Origin: Oopsacas minuta | Lineage: Eukaryota > Animalia > Porifera | Assembly (NCBI GenBank): GCA_024704765.1 | Contig: JAKMXF010000352.1 | Coordinates: 111,072-175,071, forward strand | DNA: 64,000 nucleotides | Direction of reading: 5' to 3' | Shown: positions 40,135 through 53,879 of the stretch, one piece after another | How positions within the stretch are numbered: position 1 is the stretch's first letter | Layout of the letters: every line of letters begins with the position of its first letter | Notes under the pieces: model-generated | Told to the model about the DNA's origin: nothing | The model's input: the letters and a program-made list of their open reading frames with translations, nothing else | Databases searched by the model: none | Translations under genes and position numbers: made by a program

Positions 40135-40639
40135 CAGTGAACCTCTGGAATCGGGGCATGTGGGATACTGGGAAAATTTCTGACACCTCGATTGTGGAAA
40201 TTCCCCGATTCTGGATTTCAGTGGTATTGTGTCAAAATCGCCATAATCCGTATATATGTAGTTCATACTATGTCTTATTATTGTTTCATATTGCTAGTCA
40301 CACTGTAACGTTAAAATATTTCATTCTGTTACATATTTACCCTCAGAGGCGGATTGAATAGATTTTTATTCACTTACGGAGCATATATATTGTGTTTTAT
40401 TCGATAGTTAATGCGAAAATAAAAACTTATTGAGCTGATTTCAGTATTGATGCACCGATTGCGTAGGGGATTTAGTATTAGTTCTATGCAAGCTGAAAGA
40501 ATTAGATTTTCAGGGTTTGCCTCGATTCCCCAATTGTCGCTATTTCCCCAATTCCAGAGGTTCATTTGTATGGGAAAATATTTTCGCGAAATTCAAGTGC
40601 CCCGATTTCAGAGGTTCCCCGATTCCAGAGGTTTCACTG
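40135..40639. mobile_element. pogo/Tigger-type MITE
   Basis: TIRs cagtgaacctctggaatc / rc cagtgaaacctctggaatc, TA flanks, internal ccccgatt(c/t)cagagg repeats. Confidence 0.85.
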
Positions 40640-40841
40640 TATATTGAATTTTGGACACTAATATAATCAGCATCTAGGATATTTCCAAAACTTTGGCAGT
40701 TTTCCTTCTGTGTATTATAGAAATTAGCGACACCCAATACTACCATCAAATGCAGTTTAAGAAAAAATAATTAAGAAGCCATGAGTTCAATATGGTGAAA
40801 AATGAGAGTGAATAAGGCCAAAGTATAGTAACGTAACAATT

Positions 40842-41140
40842 TCAAGAAGAAATAAGATCCAAGAAAACAAACCTTGTATTTGTAACCTGAGTCAACTGCA
40901 AAAAAGAATCTTTTCTCTTGATGTGAAGAACAATTCCTAGTATTCCAAAAATGTGTGGGAAACTTGAAACAATAATCAATGGAGTATAAGGAGCCTGAGA
41001 ATAACAAGTTAAAACAATACCAGAATGATAGAGAATCTGGGCGGCAGATTCAGGATAACGGGAAAATCGGAATATTCCGGTGGTGCAATGGTTATCAGGG
41101 TCTAACATTTCTTGTTGTTCTCTCTGCCACTCAGATACAG
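40842..41140 (-). CDS. DUF1295/steroid 5-alpha-reductase-like membrane protein, exon 3 (last)
   Basis: Acceptor tttcttttctcatcttttag| (phase 1). 'VSEWQREQQ..DPDNHCTTGIFRFSRYPESAAQILYHSGI' maps on the DUF1295 'AD.QK...F..TGLWRYSRHPNYFGEIL.W.GI' motif; stop at 40842. Confidence 0.8.
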
Positions 41141-41539
41141 CTAAAAGATGAGAAAAGAAATATAAGTGAAAGTTCAAACCATGAAGAAACAGAAATCTGT
41201 ATAATTCGAGGCACGTAGTGATGAGCATATTTCGCTGTGTTGAAACCTAAAAGCACTGAAACAATTATCTGTTTCATACTTAAGTTAAAACAAGGTACAA
41301 AGTCCAAGGATTCGTCTGCCCGTTGCGTATCTAACTAAAAAGCGAAGCCGGCTAGCATATATATATATATATATATATAAATATATATAAGAAAAGAACA
41401 ACTGTTTCAATAAGAAAAAACAATATATTGTATAGAACCCTTAGTACTTACATCGTAAAAGTTATGTAATAGAAATCACATAGTTTCAGCAGCAACTGAA
41501 GATATCTAGCATTCACATGCAGTTTTTGACGATAGGATT

Positions 41540-41760
41540 GGAACAGATTCATGGAAGTGAGGTCATTATTAGGTTTATAGCAAAGATCTTCCTTTGGAAG
41601 CCAGAAGAAGCAATTCACTTGTCCCCATAGCCCTGTTGGATACAGAAATCAAAGCGTAGATCACCTTCTTCTTCACATAACATTTCAACTATCCATAAAT
41701 ACCAGCCATCATCACATACACAAACCACACACTCAACAATATTCAGGTATTATTACATCA
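41540..41760 (-). mobile_element. C-terminal Tudor-like domain fragment of a DNA transposase (family uncertain)
   Basis: 'VVCVCDDGWYLWIVEMLCEEEGDLRFDF' then 'FFWLPKEDLC', like the V.YD..WY.G.V...F.WP..D.C tail seen in some invertebrate transposases. Confidence 0.35.
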
Positions 41761-44700
41761 ATCTGATCCATAAAATTATAAAGCATACAAACAAGCTTCA
41801 CATTCTTGCGCTGCACGGCTCGCGGATACATTGTGTACGCGAGTTGCACACTCTGGGTGATCTCCTATTCTTATTGACATATGATGCCGTTTAAATGTTA
41901 CCTAACGAAAATTCCATAAATTTGACAGCCACTTGGTGTGTCACTCTTTTTCACCGCATTGTAATACAAAATGAATGGGGCTGTCACACTTTGCTAAAAA
42001 ACAGCCTTCCTTTGTTGAATTACGTAACATTTGAACACCCCGGTCCATACATAATCTAGATATAGAGTAAATCTAGTACAAATAAACCATTAGAACGAGT
42101 CAAAGTAGAGGTTCTGGGCCACATTAATCATTCATTGTAATTTCTAAAGTTACGTAAATTTTTGTGGAATTGGTAAATATACACCTGTATTCACGTTTAC
42201 CTTGGCCTTTTAACCATTTGGATAAAAATACTCGTTGAAATATATTTAACATGCTCTCAAGTGTAATTGCAGTAACATTTCATTAATGTCCGCGGAATGA
42301 TAAATATATATATTTAGTTTTGATGTATCCATACTTAATGTTAAAAATAGTAGTACAATTTAATTGGTCAATCAATATACAAAATTTACATAGTTACATG
42401 TTTGTACTATTATCACTTCAAATGTAATATAAAATATATATACTAAGTACATATCGTCAACAATATAGTGGTGGTTACATTGGCTAATTACTAAGTACAT
42501 TTCAACAAACAAACATAGATACAAATTCAACAAATTGCAAGTAGAAAGGTTTTGAGTAATTTGAACCATTGAAGACATTTTTCGCATCCTAATTGAATTG
42601 GCTTAAAGCTTAAAATATGATAGGGTAATATTCCTACAATTGGTAAACTCCAAAATTTGACAGGTCAATACATCTGACACCTTTCTTAGAGAGTTTTTGA
42701 GATATCGCTTAGATGCAGACTTGTTCCTAGATTTATCATCCTCCACACACATGCAAAATTTCAAGTCTCTAGCTTCAGTTCCTCAATCAATTCCGTAAAA
42801 AACCTAAAATCCACCGACAAATTTAATGATAGATACCTGACTTTTGTTTTGAGAAATACAAAGATGTACTTTGTTGATTGTAACTCTTTGCTCCAATTAG
42901 TGTTGTAGTAAAGGGAATGATTTGATGATAAGTATGTGTTCCAGGTAACACCTTGAAACCTATATATCTGGGAATGTTCTATTGAATGTAAAATATGCAA
43001 TATATAAAAGTTGGGAACAAATATTATTTACAACACAAGGGTTCAAATATGTTCAGTCAGTTATATTGAGGTATAAAGAATTCAATTAATGAGAGGCAAG
43101 TATAGTTGAGCATAATCCGCACACCTCCAATGATGTGGTCCTTGCTAACTGGATCGAGTAGTTACCCTCCTTATTGTAGGTCTTATTGCCTCACAAGTCT
43201 TCTGAGTTGTGACAAGAGCTTTTGCTTGTATTCCAAATGCTGTTTTGCGTTGCCATAGGGTATAAAACTTTTATATTTATAATGAACTGCACACCCATCA
43301 ACAAAATAAATGATACTTGCAATATATGGTATATGCCCTTCAAAATTTTTGAACTAGTAAACACTAGATACTGTAGACAATAAAGACATCGTGTTTAGCA
43401 TAATCATAAATAACAAATTAAAATCGCCATATTAATAGGTTGACAGCGTTGTCTAAAAGAGATTTTGGTGGACTGAATTTGGTGGACCGTAGCTTGAGAA
43501 TTGTTCCAATAAATCCCGAACCAATAAAAGTGTTGAACAAAGGAATGACTGTCACCAAAGTCAACCAAAATAATGTAAATATGTTTGTCAAGATCATTAT
43601 TCAGTTCTTACATTATGAACACAGAGCTTTAGAAATGGAGTCACTTTTCAGAAGGAAATAATACAAACATCATAAAATTTATATATGGCAATGTGTAGGT
43701 CTTGAAGTTGTAATAGCGGTGGTTTTTCATTGTTTATACTGAATAAGTGCCTGGAATGGAAAACTATGTAAAAAATTGGAAGAAGATTTCACAAAGATTT
43801 GTATAGCCTTCAAATGGATAGAATTAATTCTATTACATACTCAAGAAAAAGGCTATTTTTCAACAGCATGAACTAGATAGCTAGGACCAAAAGATTTGTA
43901 TACACATATGAACACCAGGTATATACTTTGGTGATCATATATAAATTCTCCAAATAATTCTATCAAATTTGGCTGTATAAATGTCTTTTGGACGTGAACA
44001 TATTGTGTGTTGTGTTTTAGTGAAATTTTAGTTCTTGATGCTTGTAATATTTGACATACGACCAAATATCTGATTATTGATTAAATTGGTTGTTCTTTGA
44101 AACTCAGTAGCAATATTAACAATTCTGCCTAATTATTGTTCACATTTAAACAAATATGTGGACCATTAATTTAGAACAACTATGCATAATTGTTAAGAAA
44201 TGAACAGTTTCGCATATTTGTCAACAATGATGTCCAATTTTTGAATTCTCAAATTCGTCCTAACAGAACTCGGTAAATACATGCACGCTTTGGAAACAAT
44301 AAGGCAAGTATTATCTAAGGTAAGCACAGTGGTAGGAATAAGAAATGGTCAAAATTGACATGTAGATTTGTAATACATAGGTTCATCATACTCTCAAACC
44401 TGGCTGTTCAAACTGAACTGGATCCACCACAAATAGTCATATACAGTGTGTAATAACAAGCTTCAGGATAACCGAATTAAATATAGAACAATTAAAAAAT
44501 TACCGCTGATCTGATACTTGAAATTTGAAACTCACACGCATGCAACTTAGAAAAATTCTAGGATTCTGTGACGTAAAGTTCACATAGAACAATATGAATG
44601 TGTGCAAAGACTCATGTTTTCTTCAATTATTTCTAATATAAATTTGTGTGATGTCATTATCATAACTACACCACTATGATGACCTAATTGCATTGGTGTC

Positions 44701-45248
44701 TGGCGTAAGCAACTGGTTTTCTACTAAACATCACCGAGAAGTATCACTTAAGCTACAATTGTTACAAAAGATAACCAAGTTTGAAATTTTAAGAATGATA
44801 AATGTAGAATACGTTTATTGGGTAAATAATCAATTATTGTTCCATAGTCCACCCAATGTGTAGATAGTTCGGAATATTCATAAAAAACGAACCAAATGAG
44901 ATGGGGGTACTTCCAAAAGGAAAATGATTCTTTGCTTCTAAAGTCTAATAGAAATTTAGTGCAAATGTATCAGAAAGTGGCAAATTATTCCGGAAAAAGA
45001 ATAATGACCTTGGGAAACACCAAACGTAAGTGACAAAATGATCACACATTTTAGTCCTTAATGAATTACATCCTTGGCAATGTACCATTTACGGAAAAAT
45101 GAAATGAATAAATTGGAAAAAAATTTTGTAGTCAAATCATACGTGGAAAGTCGGTATCGCGGATCATACTAAAGTAAGTGATAATTATCAAACGAAGTAA
45201 ATGTATGAGTGGAAATATACAGAATAATTGATTAAAGATTCAACGTAC

Positions 45249-45437
45249 CTGAAATAGCAGTGCCTGCTAGGACAAGTACCAGACCTGGGATGGGAGAATA
45301 AGCAATAGATGGATTAGAATAAACTACGGATAAATATGGAAGCAAATTGGAAAAACCAAGAAATATTGATCTGACTAGACAAGCCAAAGCTCTCCCAATA
45401 AAAAGAGTCTCAAAAGAAAGTTCTTTCAATCCTGAAT
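45249..45437 (-). CDS. DUF1295-like membrane protein, exon 2
   Basis: Acceptor tgtttag|, donor CAG|GTACGT; 189 nt, phase 1->1, in frame with exons 1 and 3. Two TM segments 'LFIGRALACLVRSIFLGFSNLLPYLSVV' and 'PIPGLVLVLAGTAIS'. Confidence 0.75.
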
Positions 45438-46035
45438 CTAAACATTAACAAAATACGTAATAAAAGGTAATATAGGAAACATGGCAAAAAATATACTGTA
45501 CCAATATGATTAAATATCAATTTCTGTCTGTGTCACTCTCCAATATCGAAAACATATAAGTTCAAAACCAATACTACACAACATAATACCAACAAAACAA
45601 CATTGTCGCAGGGGTAATCGAATATGCTGATTATGAATAAGATATTGTAAACAAAATATTGTAAATATTTGTTGAATTTAGGTACATAAAGTAAACAAAT
45701 TTCGAAAATATGCATTAAGTAAAGTAAGCAAATTTCATGAGTCCGAATATGATATTGTAAATAACATTTCATAAATATTTGGTTACATTTGGGGAGATAA
45801 ATTAAGCAGATTTAAAGATAAAGGCAGTAGCATGTTGGAACAATCTGGTATATAAAATTGACAAAAACTACACGTTCTGCATGGTTTCAACCAAAGAACA
45901 TGTGAAATATATATTTGCATTGTACAACTACCGGAAGACGTTATTCGATTTGAAAATTAAAAAATGTGGTATTTATGAAGTTATAAATATCAATCTATAT
46001 TATTAAGACGCAATTAACATGTGAGTATATCTATA

Positions 46036-47601
46036 TGTTACAGTAATTGTGTGAATTCTTGAAATTCATGAATTTTCAGAAATTTCAGTAAATTGAAGAA
46101 TGTATTAATCCAAAAATTCCAGGAAATTCGAGAATTTTCTGAATTTTTGGGAAATTCACTACATGCGATCAAATGGTGGATTCACACAATGAAAGTGATT
46201 GGAACTCAGTTGGCTTCACTTGTTTGGGCATTCTCCGGTATAAATCCTGGTAATCAAGTTTGTCTAGCATTACCTGGAATTAATTCACAGGCTGAAAATG
46301 TCTGGGCAATCATATAAAGATGCTATACTTAAGTTATTTGGGGATGGCAAGAGTTTGCTAGTGCCCAAATCACATTACTACAAGCTACTGGAGGAGGTCA
46401 GAGAAGCTGCTGACAAAGAGAAAAACAAAACTAGGAAGGAATTTACCTGTAATTTGTAATGTATATCACAAACCACTATGTATATATTTCAATTGATTCC
46501 GGACTTCTTAATGAAATTTTTGAATTTCTGTGATAATTTCATTCTGTATACAGCGTTTAATACACTTTCGAATTTCACAATATTTCATTTCACTCTTGCA
46601 ACAATTCTGGAATATTAGATTTTTACACTTTTCAATAATCTAAAATGATTGTTGATTGGAATTATCGCAATTTTGCAATGTTCGACCATATAATCCTTAT
46701 TTATGTAATTTAACAGATATGAAATTCAACAGTATGGCGATGTAGAGAAGCTGATCAGAAAACGTAAAGCTCCCACTGACACCCCATTATACTACCCCTC
46801 AATTGAGGACTCATATGATGTCCATAGAAGAGCCCACACAGCAACTGAGCATGGAAGGCGGGACAGAATGCTGATGGAATTGAGCAAGATCATGCCAACA
46901 TCACCTGCAAAGCTGTAGAGTCCTACAAGTCTCACTGAGAGGAATGTCAGAAGAAGAGGAAACGCCCAATGACAAAAGGGGTTATTGTCAATCCATTTGT
47001 ACAAGGGAATTTAACTCCAGGGGTCAGGTAGATTTGATTGGCACGCTGTCCTTGCCATCTGATAAGCAAAAGTGGACCATCTGACCAAATATGCTTAATG
47101 CGAGCTATATCATTAAAAGAGCTAGTAAGGTGGCTTATCATCTAATGCAGATTTATTTCTACTCCTGGGGGCATCTGGAAACTTTAGAGAGACAATGGCT
47201 CTGAGTTTGTTTCTCATGTCATTTCTGAACTGAAAAACACGGGCCAGATCTCACAATTGTTCATGGAAAACCAAGGTATCCACAGAGCCAAAGATCTGTT
47301 AAGAGAACCAATGGTGACATCAAGGACATGTGAGCTGCCTAGATGTCTGAAAACAACACACAAGATTGGAACATTGGGATTAATTTTGTTCAATTTCAGA
47401 AGAATACAGGCTATCATGCAGGGATTATGTGCTCCCATAGTCAACAGGCAGTGTACAAGCTAGCCTAATTGTCTCATTTATTAAATATTTATTAGAATAA
47501 ATAAATAATACTTCCTACTTTGCGTTAATTCCCAATATGAATGCCTCAAATATGTGTCAGGAAATTCATGAATTTCCTGAATTCACACAATTACTGTAAC
47601 A
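46036..47601 (+). mobile_element. Ginger-like (KRBA2/SCAND3-type rve integrase) DNA transposon, deleted derivative with putative intron
   Basis: ~40-bp TIR tgttacagtaattgtgtgaattc..gaaattcatgaattt; flanks tata/tgta. Relic 'YEIQQYGDVEKLIRKR', 'RAHTATEHG', 'FNSRGQVDLI', 'DNGSEF', 'HGKPRYPQSQRSV', 'FVQFQKN'. N-terminal segment from ATG 46298 separated by AT-rich ~46448-46717 ending ttaacag. Confidence 0.9.
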
Positions 47602-48116
47602 TGTATATATATATATATATACTGAAGAAACTGAAGGACCTCAGAGATGATTTTGTAGGTAGTACATAAATGTATACATAAATATATCAATCAGTATTAT
47701 TCAAACGCCATTAATCTGTATCATAGCCTACTCTACGTATGTAAGGCCTAAAAGTAACTTGTGGATTTAGGACCAGGATGAGATACCAGATGGTAAAAAT
47801 TCAATTTAACATCATTAACTGGTTGTGTTGAAATATACAAGCCTATGATGCACAAAACTAACAATAATCTAGAGAAATTTTTAGCCTGGATGCGTTTGAA
47901 GAGGAAATTATTAATGACTCATAATGACTAAATTCATTAGTACCCATATGTAAATTCTATATTACACAAGCCAAAATAATTAAATATTCCCCATAACATA
48001 TAATCATTTTTGAAAAAAATTATTGGATGTATTTGTGGTATTTTCCTGTATTCTCTACATCAACACCTTCAGACGCTTTCCAAAACGTCATCTATCTTAC
48101 AAGCTACCGTACGATC

Positions 48117-48378
48117 ATGTCCAACAGGTGTTCTGCACCAGGTTGTACAAGCAACTATAATCCAAAAGAGAGAACAATCGTATCATGATTCCACAGAAAC
48201 ACAAAGACATGCTTGGCTACGAGCTCTACACAGTGATGATATAGACGAAATGAAAGTTGTGTATGAGAGCTTCAAAAATTTAGAGAAATGAAGTCAAGAC
48301 AACAAAACAATACTGAATGGATAAGGAACCTCCCGGGAGATACCCCGCAAGATGGAGCTGTACTGACTATACTATCAT
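48117..48378 (+). pseudogene. THAP domain relic (P/Kolobok/Harbinger-type transposon N-terminus)
   Basis: 'MSNRCSAPGCTSNY', frameshift, 'QRHAWLRALH', later 'DGAVLTIL' (AVPTIF box). Confidence 0.55.
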
Positions 48379-48850
48379 TGCGTTATATTGGTGTAAAATA
48401 ATCATTTAATTACATTATATCGTACCATAGCAACGTAGATGTGAGAATGGAATAGGAGAAAATTTAACATGTTGCTGCCAACAGGAGGGCTTATGGTAGA
48501 GAGAAAATTCTACAAACTTTTTCACAGTATTGTATCCGTAATATCTGATCAAACTTTTCGTTGCTGAAGAAAATGAATGAGTCAGGAACACGGCATACAC
48601 ACAAACTACTTAGTAGGAAGGACTCCTATTTCACGAGCTCTGGTAATCAAATTCAGACTCATTGTAATGCCTGAGGAGTGGCGCGTCGGCCTTGGTGATA
48701 TCCAGGGATGACAAGCAATTTTCAACTAAACAAAGAATATATTATACTTTTGGATAATTGTGAACATGAGCGCACATCAAATCAAAGGTGGCACGACAAG
48801 GGAGTACCATATATATTTATCTGGTCATGTTCAGGTATGTTTTGGGTATA

Positions 48851-49059
48851 CAGTAAATAATGGATATAGTGATCATGGATATAGTGATCATGGATATAGT
48901 GATATATTGGATAGAGTGATATTGGTATTCCTTAGTATATTTCCCCATCTACATATATGCCATACAAAATTTATTGGATATAGTGATATAATGGTGATAG
49001 AGATAATTTGGCCGTAAAATTTATGCACCCAGCGATATCACTATATCCATTATATACTG
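48851..49059. mobile_element. pogo/Tigger-type MITE with 15-bp internal tandem repeats
   Basis: TIRs cagtaaataatggatatagtgat / rc cagtatataatggatatagtgat, TA flanks; tggatatagtgatca units. Confidence 0.85.
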
Positions 49060-49784
49060 TAATACTTTAGGTATAACACTTGTCAAATCCAACAAAGTTG
49101 AATCAATTTAATGTACTTAAGAGTAATAGAGTCTCATAGAGTTACCAGATTGTTGATTTAAATGGAAGGGCGCGTCGTTAGCTACCTGCCCAATCACTGA
49201 AGATATTTACAAACTGGCATGCAGCAAAAATTGAAAGGTTTATACATATGACGATCGTATGGAATGCAAAATAGTGGCATATGAAAGAAATTTGTATTAT
49301 AGGATAAAGAAAACAAAATTTTGAACAAATTTACATATGTCAGGAAAATTGGGTGGACAAATAAATTTGTTAAAAATATGAACTCTCAAATTTCAGCAAG
49401 TGCTGAATTAATTATCGAAAAATTCATTAAGTACTTAGAATTATTGAGGCTATATAATTCTAGAAAATAATCAATCTCACAAAGAAAATTTAATATTACA
49501 TACAAACCATCGTGTTTGACTCCTAATCACCAGGCTAAGCTAATCCCTAAGACGATTTTGAAATATTCCACGAACTGAGAGAAGATTTGATATATCATGT
49601 GATACATATGTGCATATATTTATTGACGAATATATATCAGAATACAGTTTATCTCGTCCTATCCTCTATCGATATTATCACTTAGGAAGTACTGATAAAA
49701 ATGAATATTAGGGAAAAATATGGTTAAGTAACAGAAATATATTATAGTATAATTATTAAATTTCAAATTTGGTTACACAAAACA

Positions 49785-50554
49785 CTATACTAAGTATATA
49801 TAGCATAGTTGGCACATTGAAAATAAACAGATTTCGAATGAATGGTATAGCAATATTGTAGAGCAATCTAAAGTTGCTAATGTACTCCTGGAAAATTTAT
49901 TTAGCTGTACGAAGATAGTATGGTATATAACAACGAAGCATACGATGGCTATACAGACCATATAATCATATGGACGGATATATATTTTTGAGCCTTGTGA
50001 ACTACAAAAATACGGATAAAGGCAAGTCAAATATATACCTACGAATGGCATTATTAAGCGAAGAATTTAAGTATAGAAAGAAGATATGACGCAGAAAGAT
50101 TTTGTTGGGCGTTATTCAACATGACAATAACTCTATATATATACATGATAAACGCCAGGAGCAAGAAAAAGCCTTCAAAACTTGTAAATACAAAATATGA
50201 CCAGCATAAAGAGTAATTCATTGATGAAATGTATTTGACTATGCAATGAAACAGGATACTAAATGGGGCTACTTTGGCACATTGGATTTGCTTTGCCCAA
50301 ATATTGAATTTAGAAATTTCGGAGTGATTAAGCATAATTATAATTGTTTTCAAAAAGTGTAAAGAAACTAAACGAAAACATGCTGAAGAAAAGAACAAGT
50401 GCTCAGGCGCTGATTCAAGCAAATAGGGTATGTAATTATTTAGTGAGAAGTTTTGAATAATATAATTTGTGAAGCAATAAATATTATTCAGAAGCCCTGG
50501 AAGAATAGAGTTTGTCTTGCATCGAAAACAAGTCTCCCACTGTAAATAGGACTC
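49785..50554 (-). pseudogene. Intronless rhodopsin-like 7TM (GPCR-like) frame with one frameshift, inside DUF1295 intron 1
   Basis: 167-codon open stretch 50554-50054 plus ORF 50051-49785. TM3-like 'CWSYFVFTSFEGFFLLLAFIMYIYR' (C-to-R spacing 24 vs canonical 25), TM4 with P, ECL2 Cys, TM5-like 'IVCFVVIYHTIFVQLNK'. Confidence 0.45.
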
Positions 50555-51579
50555 TCAACGTAAAACCTTGAATTAGTTAGTAGGGAAAAATATGACAATC
50601 TGATTGTGAGAAGTAAGATTATGTGCTAGTGTTGTATGAAATACCAAGGATATTGTAGTTAATGTATACCCTAATATTAAGGGTCTGGCCCAGATTTATG
50701 GTCTAAATGGTGACGAGAAATCTATGCATCCGAACTAGGTTAAAAATCATAGTTCAGCTTATGAATAAAAATTAGTAAGGATGATATACTGAAAAATAAT
50801 GGATAGGCTTTAGGAATGTAAAATCAACAAACAATGGGGGAGGGGCACGGCGCATCTAGGCCACATAGAAAATGGGCGCCATTATCGACTATCCACCTTT
50901 CCCATAATACAATACCAGACATGCCAAAAACGTGGAGGGCTAGCGATCTTAATGATGAATTGAAGTGTTTGGTGGGGTCTTCCTACAAAAGCAGTTTGCA
51001 TATTTTCAATGAAGTTACAACTCCGAAATCCCCGTTCCCGCCAATCAAATTTGTAAGATAAACACATGTATACTGATACATATGTTTCATCGTTCAAGTT
51101 CGGGAATCAATGTTCGGCCCCGATGTAAGTATTCAAAAAGTGTTTTTCATGGTCCATAACTAGAAGTATCTAAGACACCACAAATTTATCATGGCTATAG
51201 AACCTAGTAGAAATGGGTCGTTATGGTAGGCGTATGAAATTCATGACTGTAATACTATGCAGTTTTCAAGTTATAAAACAAGATATTTTGAGAAATTCTG
51301 AATATCTATATGAATACAGCAAAAAATAAGATAACATAAACAGAATTGCATAATTGGGGTAGAAATCCCATTTGTGCGATTGGGATTTCGAAATATTCGG
51401 TCAATAGAGATAGAAGTCCGAATAAGCAAAAAAATCTCCGATATATTCAGTTAATCGGGATAAGAAATCCCAAATCGCGAATTGGATATCCCAACAATCC
51501 GACGATGTTTGTATGTAAAAATCAGTTGCAAAAGATGGTCTCGTTTAAACAGATATCCCGATTATCCGAGTCCTAATTA

Positions 51580-52623
51580 CAGGGCTTCCTAAGTAGCCTA
51601 AAACAATAATTGAAATCATAAAGGTCTATTTAAGTAGGGGACGCTCGATACAGAGATATTTGTGTACAAAGCTAGTGCGGCGTTTGTGAAAAATATTCAT
51701 AGTGGAAATTTCATATCGGACACATGAATAGTGCGGTGAGATACACTGGAACAAAATCCAAAGCATATTACGCTTATCCACTAATCAAGAGAAATACCTA
51801 CTACAACAACCCATATAGTGTCATAAAATAGGCTGGAACAACTTCCAAGAGTTCTTATCCTCTGAACAAAGGAACTGGAGTGACGAGGCTCATTTTCACT
51901 TTTCTGGACATGTTAATAAACAGAACATGAAAATTGGGGGTGAGGAAAAGCCAGATCCACTTTATAATAAGCCTTTAAAAGAAGAAAGGGTCACTGACAG
52001 GTGTGCAGTTGGCTCCAAGAGGTTCATTGGTCCGTGTTTTTATGAAAATAATGAAGGGTCAAGAGTGGCCGTGAATGGTGTCCGATATCTTGATATGTTA
52101 AAGTCCTACTACATTCCAAGTCTCAGAAGAGTTAATGAGCTTGGTAGTATAACATTTCAACAAGATGGCGCACCCCACATATAGCTAAAGATGTTATTGA
52201 CTTTCTTAGAGAAAAATCTGACAAACAGCTGATTTCACGAAACTGTGACTTCTTTAGGCCACCTTACAGTCAGACTAAACCCATGTGATATTTATTTATG
52301 GAGACAACTGAAGAGAAAGGTTTACTCCAATCCCATCCCTGAGACAACTGGAGACCTCGGGAGAAACATTCACTGTGAAATAAGATGGATCAAGGCAGAA
52401 ACACTGAAGAAAATCAAAGAAAATATCCTCACGAGATTGCAAAAAGTGAAATCTTTAAAGCAGAGCTGGATCAAGCATATTACTAATGGATAGATACTCT
52501 ACAAGAGGAAAATTTAAATATCACTTTATAAACCTTAGTATACCTTTTACAGAATTGACTTATCTCGTTTTGTTCAGAAATTATACAAAATTTGTTTCAA
52601 GCGCTTTCCCGCGACACACCCTG
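51580..52623 (+). mobile_element. Degenerate Tc1/mariner (maT-like) element
   Basis: 'WSDEAHF', 'FIGPCFYE..VNGVRYLDML', 'FQQDGAPH', 'LNPCDIYLW..LKRKVY'. Ends ta|caggg and ccctg|ta, but the TIRs match poorly beyond that. Confidence 0.75.
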
Positions 52624-53009
52624 TATTTAAAATTTGTTTGAAACATATTTATTACCTTTTTAATATAATATTTCAAAAATGATTTGATTTATCTTGTAGT
52701 TTGATTTGTTCAAGTCTTACTATGTACCTAAATATAAAGTTCAGGATGCTAAACTCTAATCATTAAACCTTCTAACTCTCGCAATGTGCATAACTTATGC
52801 AGCACGGTAACTACTTAGTGTAGCGGCCCCGATTAATCAGGCAGGTTGGAGGCCTCTCATAAACAAAAGATATATTTCCAAATATTGAATTATCTCAAAA
52901 TAACTGAAAAACGAAATGTATTTAAATTGGTAAACTATGATCTTTAGGGCATTCAAAATGTTCCCATTATGTTCAATATCTTGACACTACAGCGACTTAC
53001 TAATCAAAT

Positions 53010-53760
53010 TTCTACAAAAATGCAGAAATACTCCCCTTCTACATCTACGCATAGTTGTAGCCTTTCAACATTGAAAATGTGCTTTCATACTCGTCTCTGT
53101 CCACTGAATTGAGGTAGTGGTAAATTCCGTTTGCTAGCTCTTGCCGGGCATGAAATGGCCGTTATCCAAAGAATACGGAAGATGTTACACGTTTCAAACC
53201 CGAAATCCTCAATGACTTCCCTAAAGTATTCTGAAAATGAAGCCAGGCATTATAATGGAGAAGTTTGATTCCTCGAGTTTCTGTATCCTGACGTCATGTT
53301 TTATAGACTTTCTCGAAATCGCTCAGACATTTATCTGCGTAAAATTCTCCATTGAGTCATTCTCCTTTAGGCACAGGTATTTGCAACTGGCCCAACAGCA
53401 TCAAAAGATATGATGTAGAACCTTAACATCTCGGAAGTCCAAACGTGCAGTTTCGGGGGGATAAGAACCTTTGGGGAGCCATAATTTGCTTCGATCCTTA
53501 TGCAGGAGTTCAGAAAATTTAATCCAAGTTTCGTCACAAGTACAGTAACGATTTTATCTAAACTTTGAGAATCACAACCTCCATATTCTTTAAGCAATTC
53601 TTTCGCGCATGAAACCCTCTTCTCCTCTACCCCTTTATGTATATTTTCGGTATCCATCGCGCTGAGAGCTTTCGATATTCGAGGTAATAGTGTAGAATTG
53701 TATGAACACTTCCCGATGAGATGCCCAGGATTAGCGTTTATTAGGATAAACACCTATTAA
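53010..53760 (-). mobile_element. Degenerate mariner transposase
   Basis: 'KRVSCAKELLKEYGGCDSQSLDKIVT', 'RGIKLLHYNA', 'LCVDVEGEYF'; similar in type to 25917-27164. Confidence 0.7.
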
Positions 53761-53879
53761 TGAAATCTAATATGAAAGCAATTTGTAAACGGCATCATTT
53801 TCTCTAAATATAATTGGAGCCTTTACACAAATATCTTGATAAACACTCAATAGAAATTCCATGCATATATTATTTGTAA

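Noticed and set aside
40979-41218. Plus-strand 79-aa ORF
   Set aside because: Antisense to DUF1295 exon 3; no motif.
43440-43661. L1/Tx1 LINE fragment ('GGLNLVD')
   Set aside because: Single short motif with no supporting neighbours.
52800-52860. GC-rich segment as tRNA/SINE head
   Set aside because: No cloverleaf or A/B boxes identifiable.
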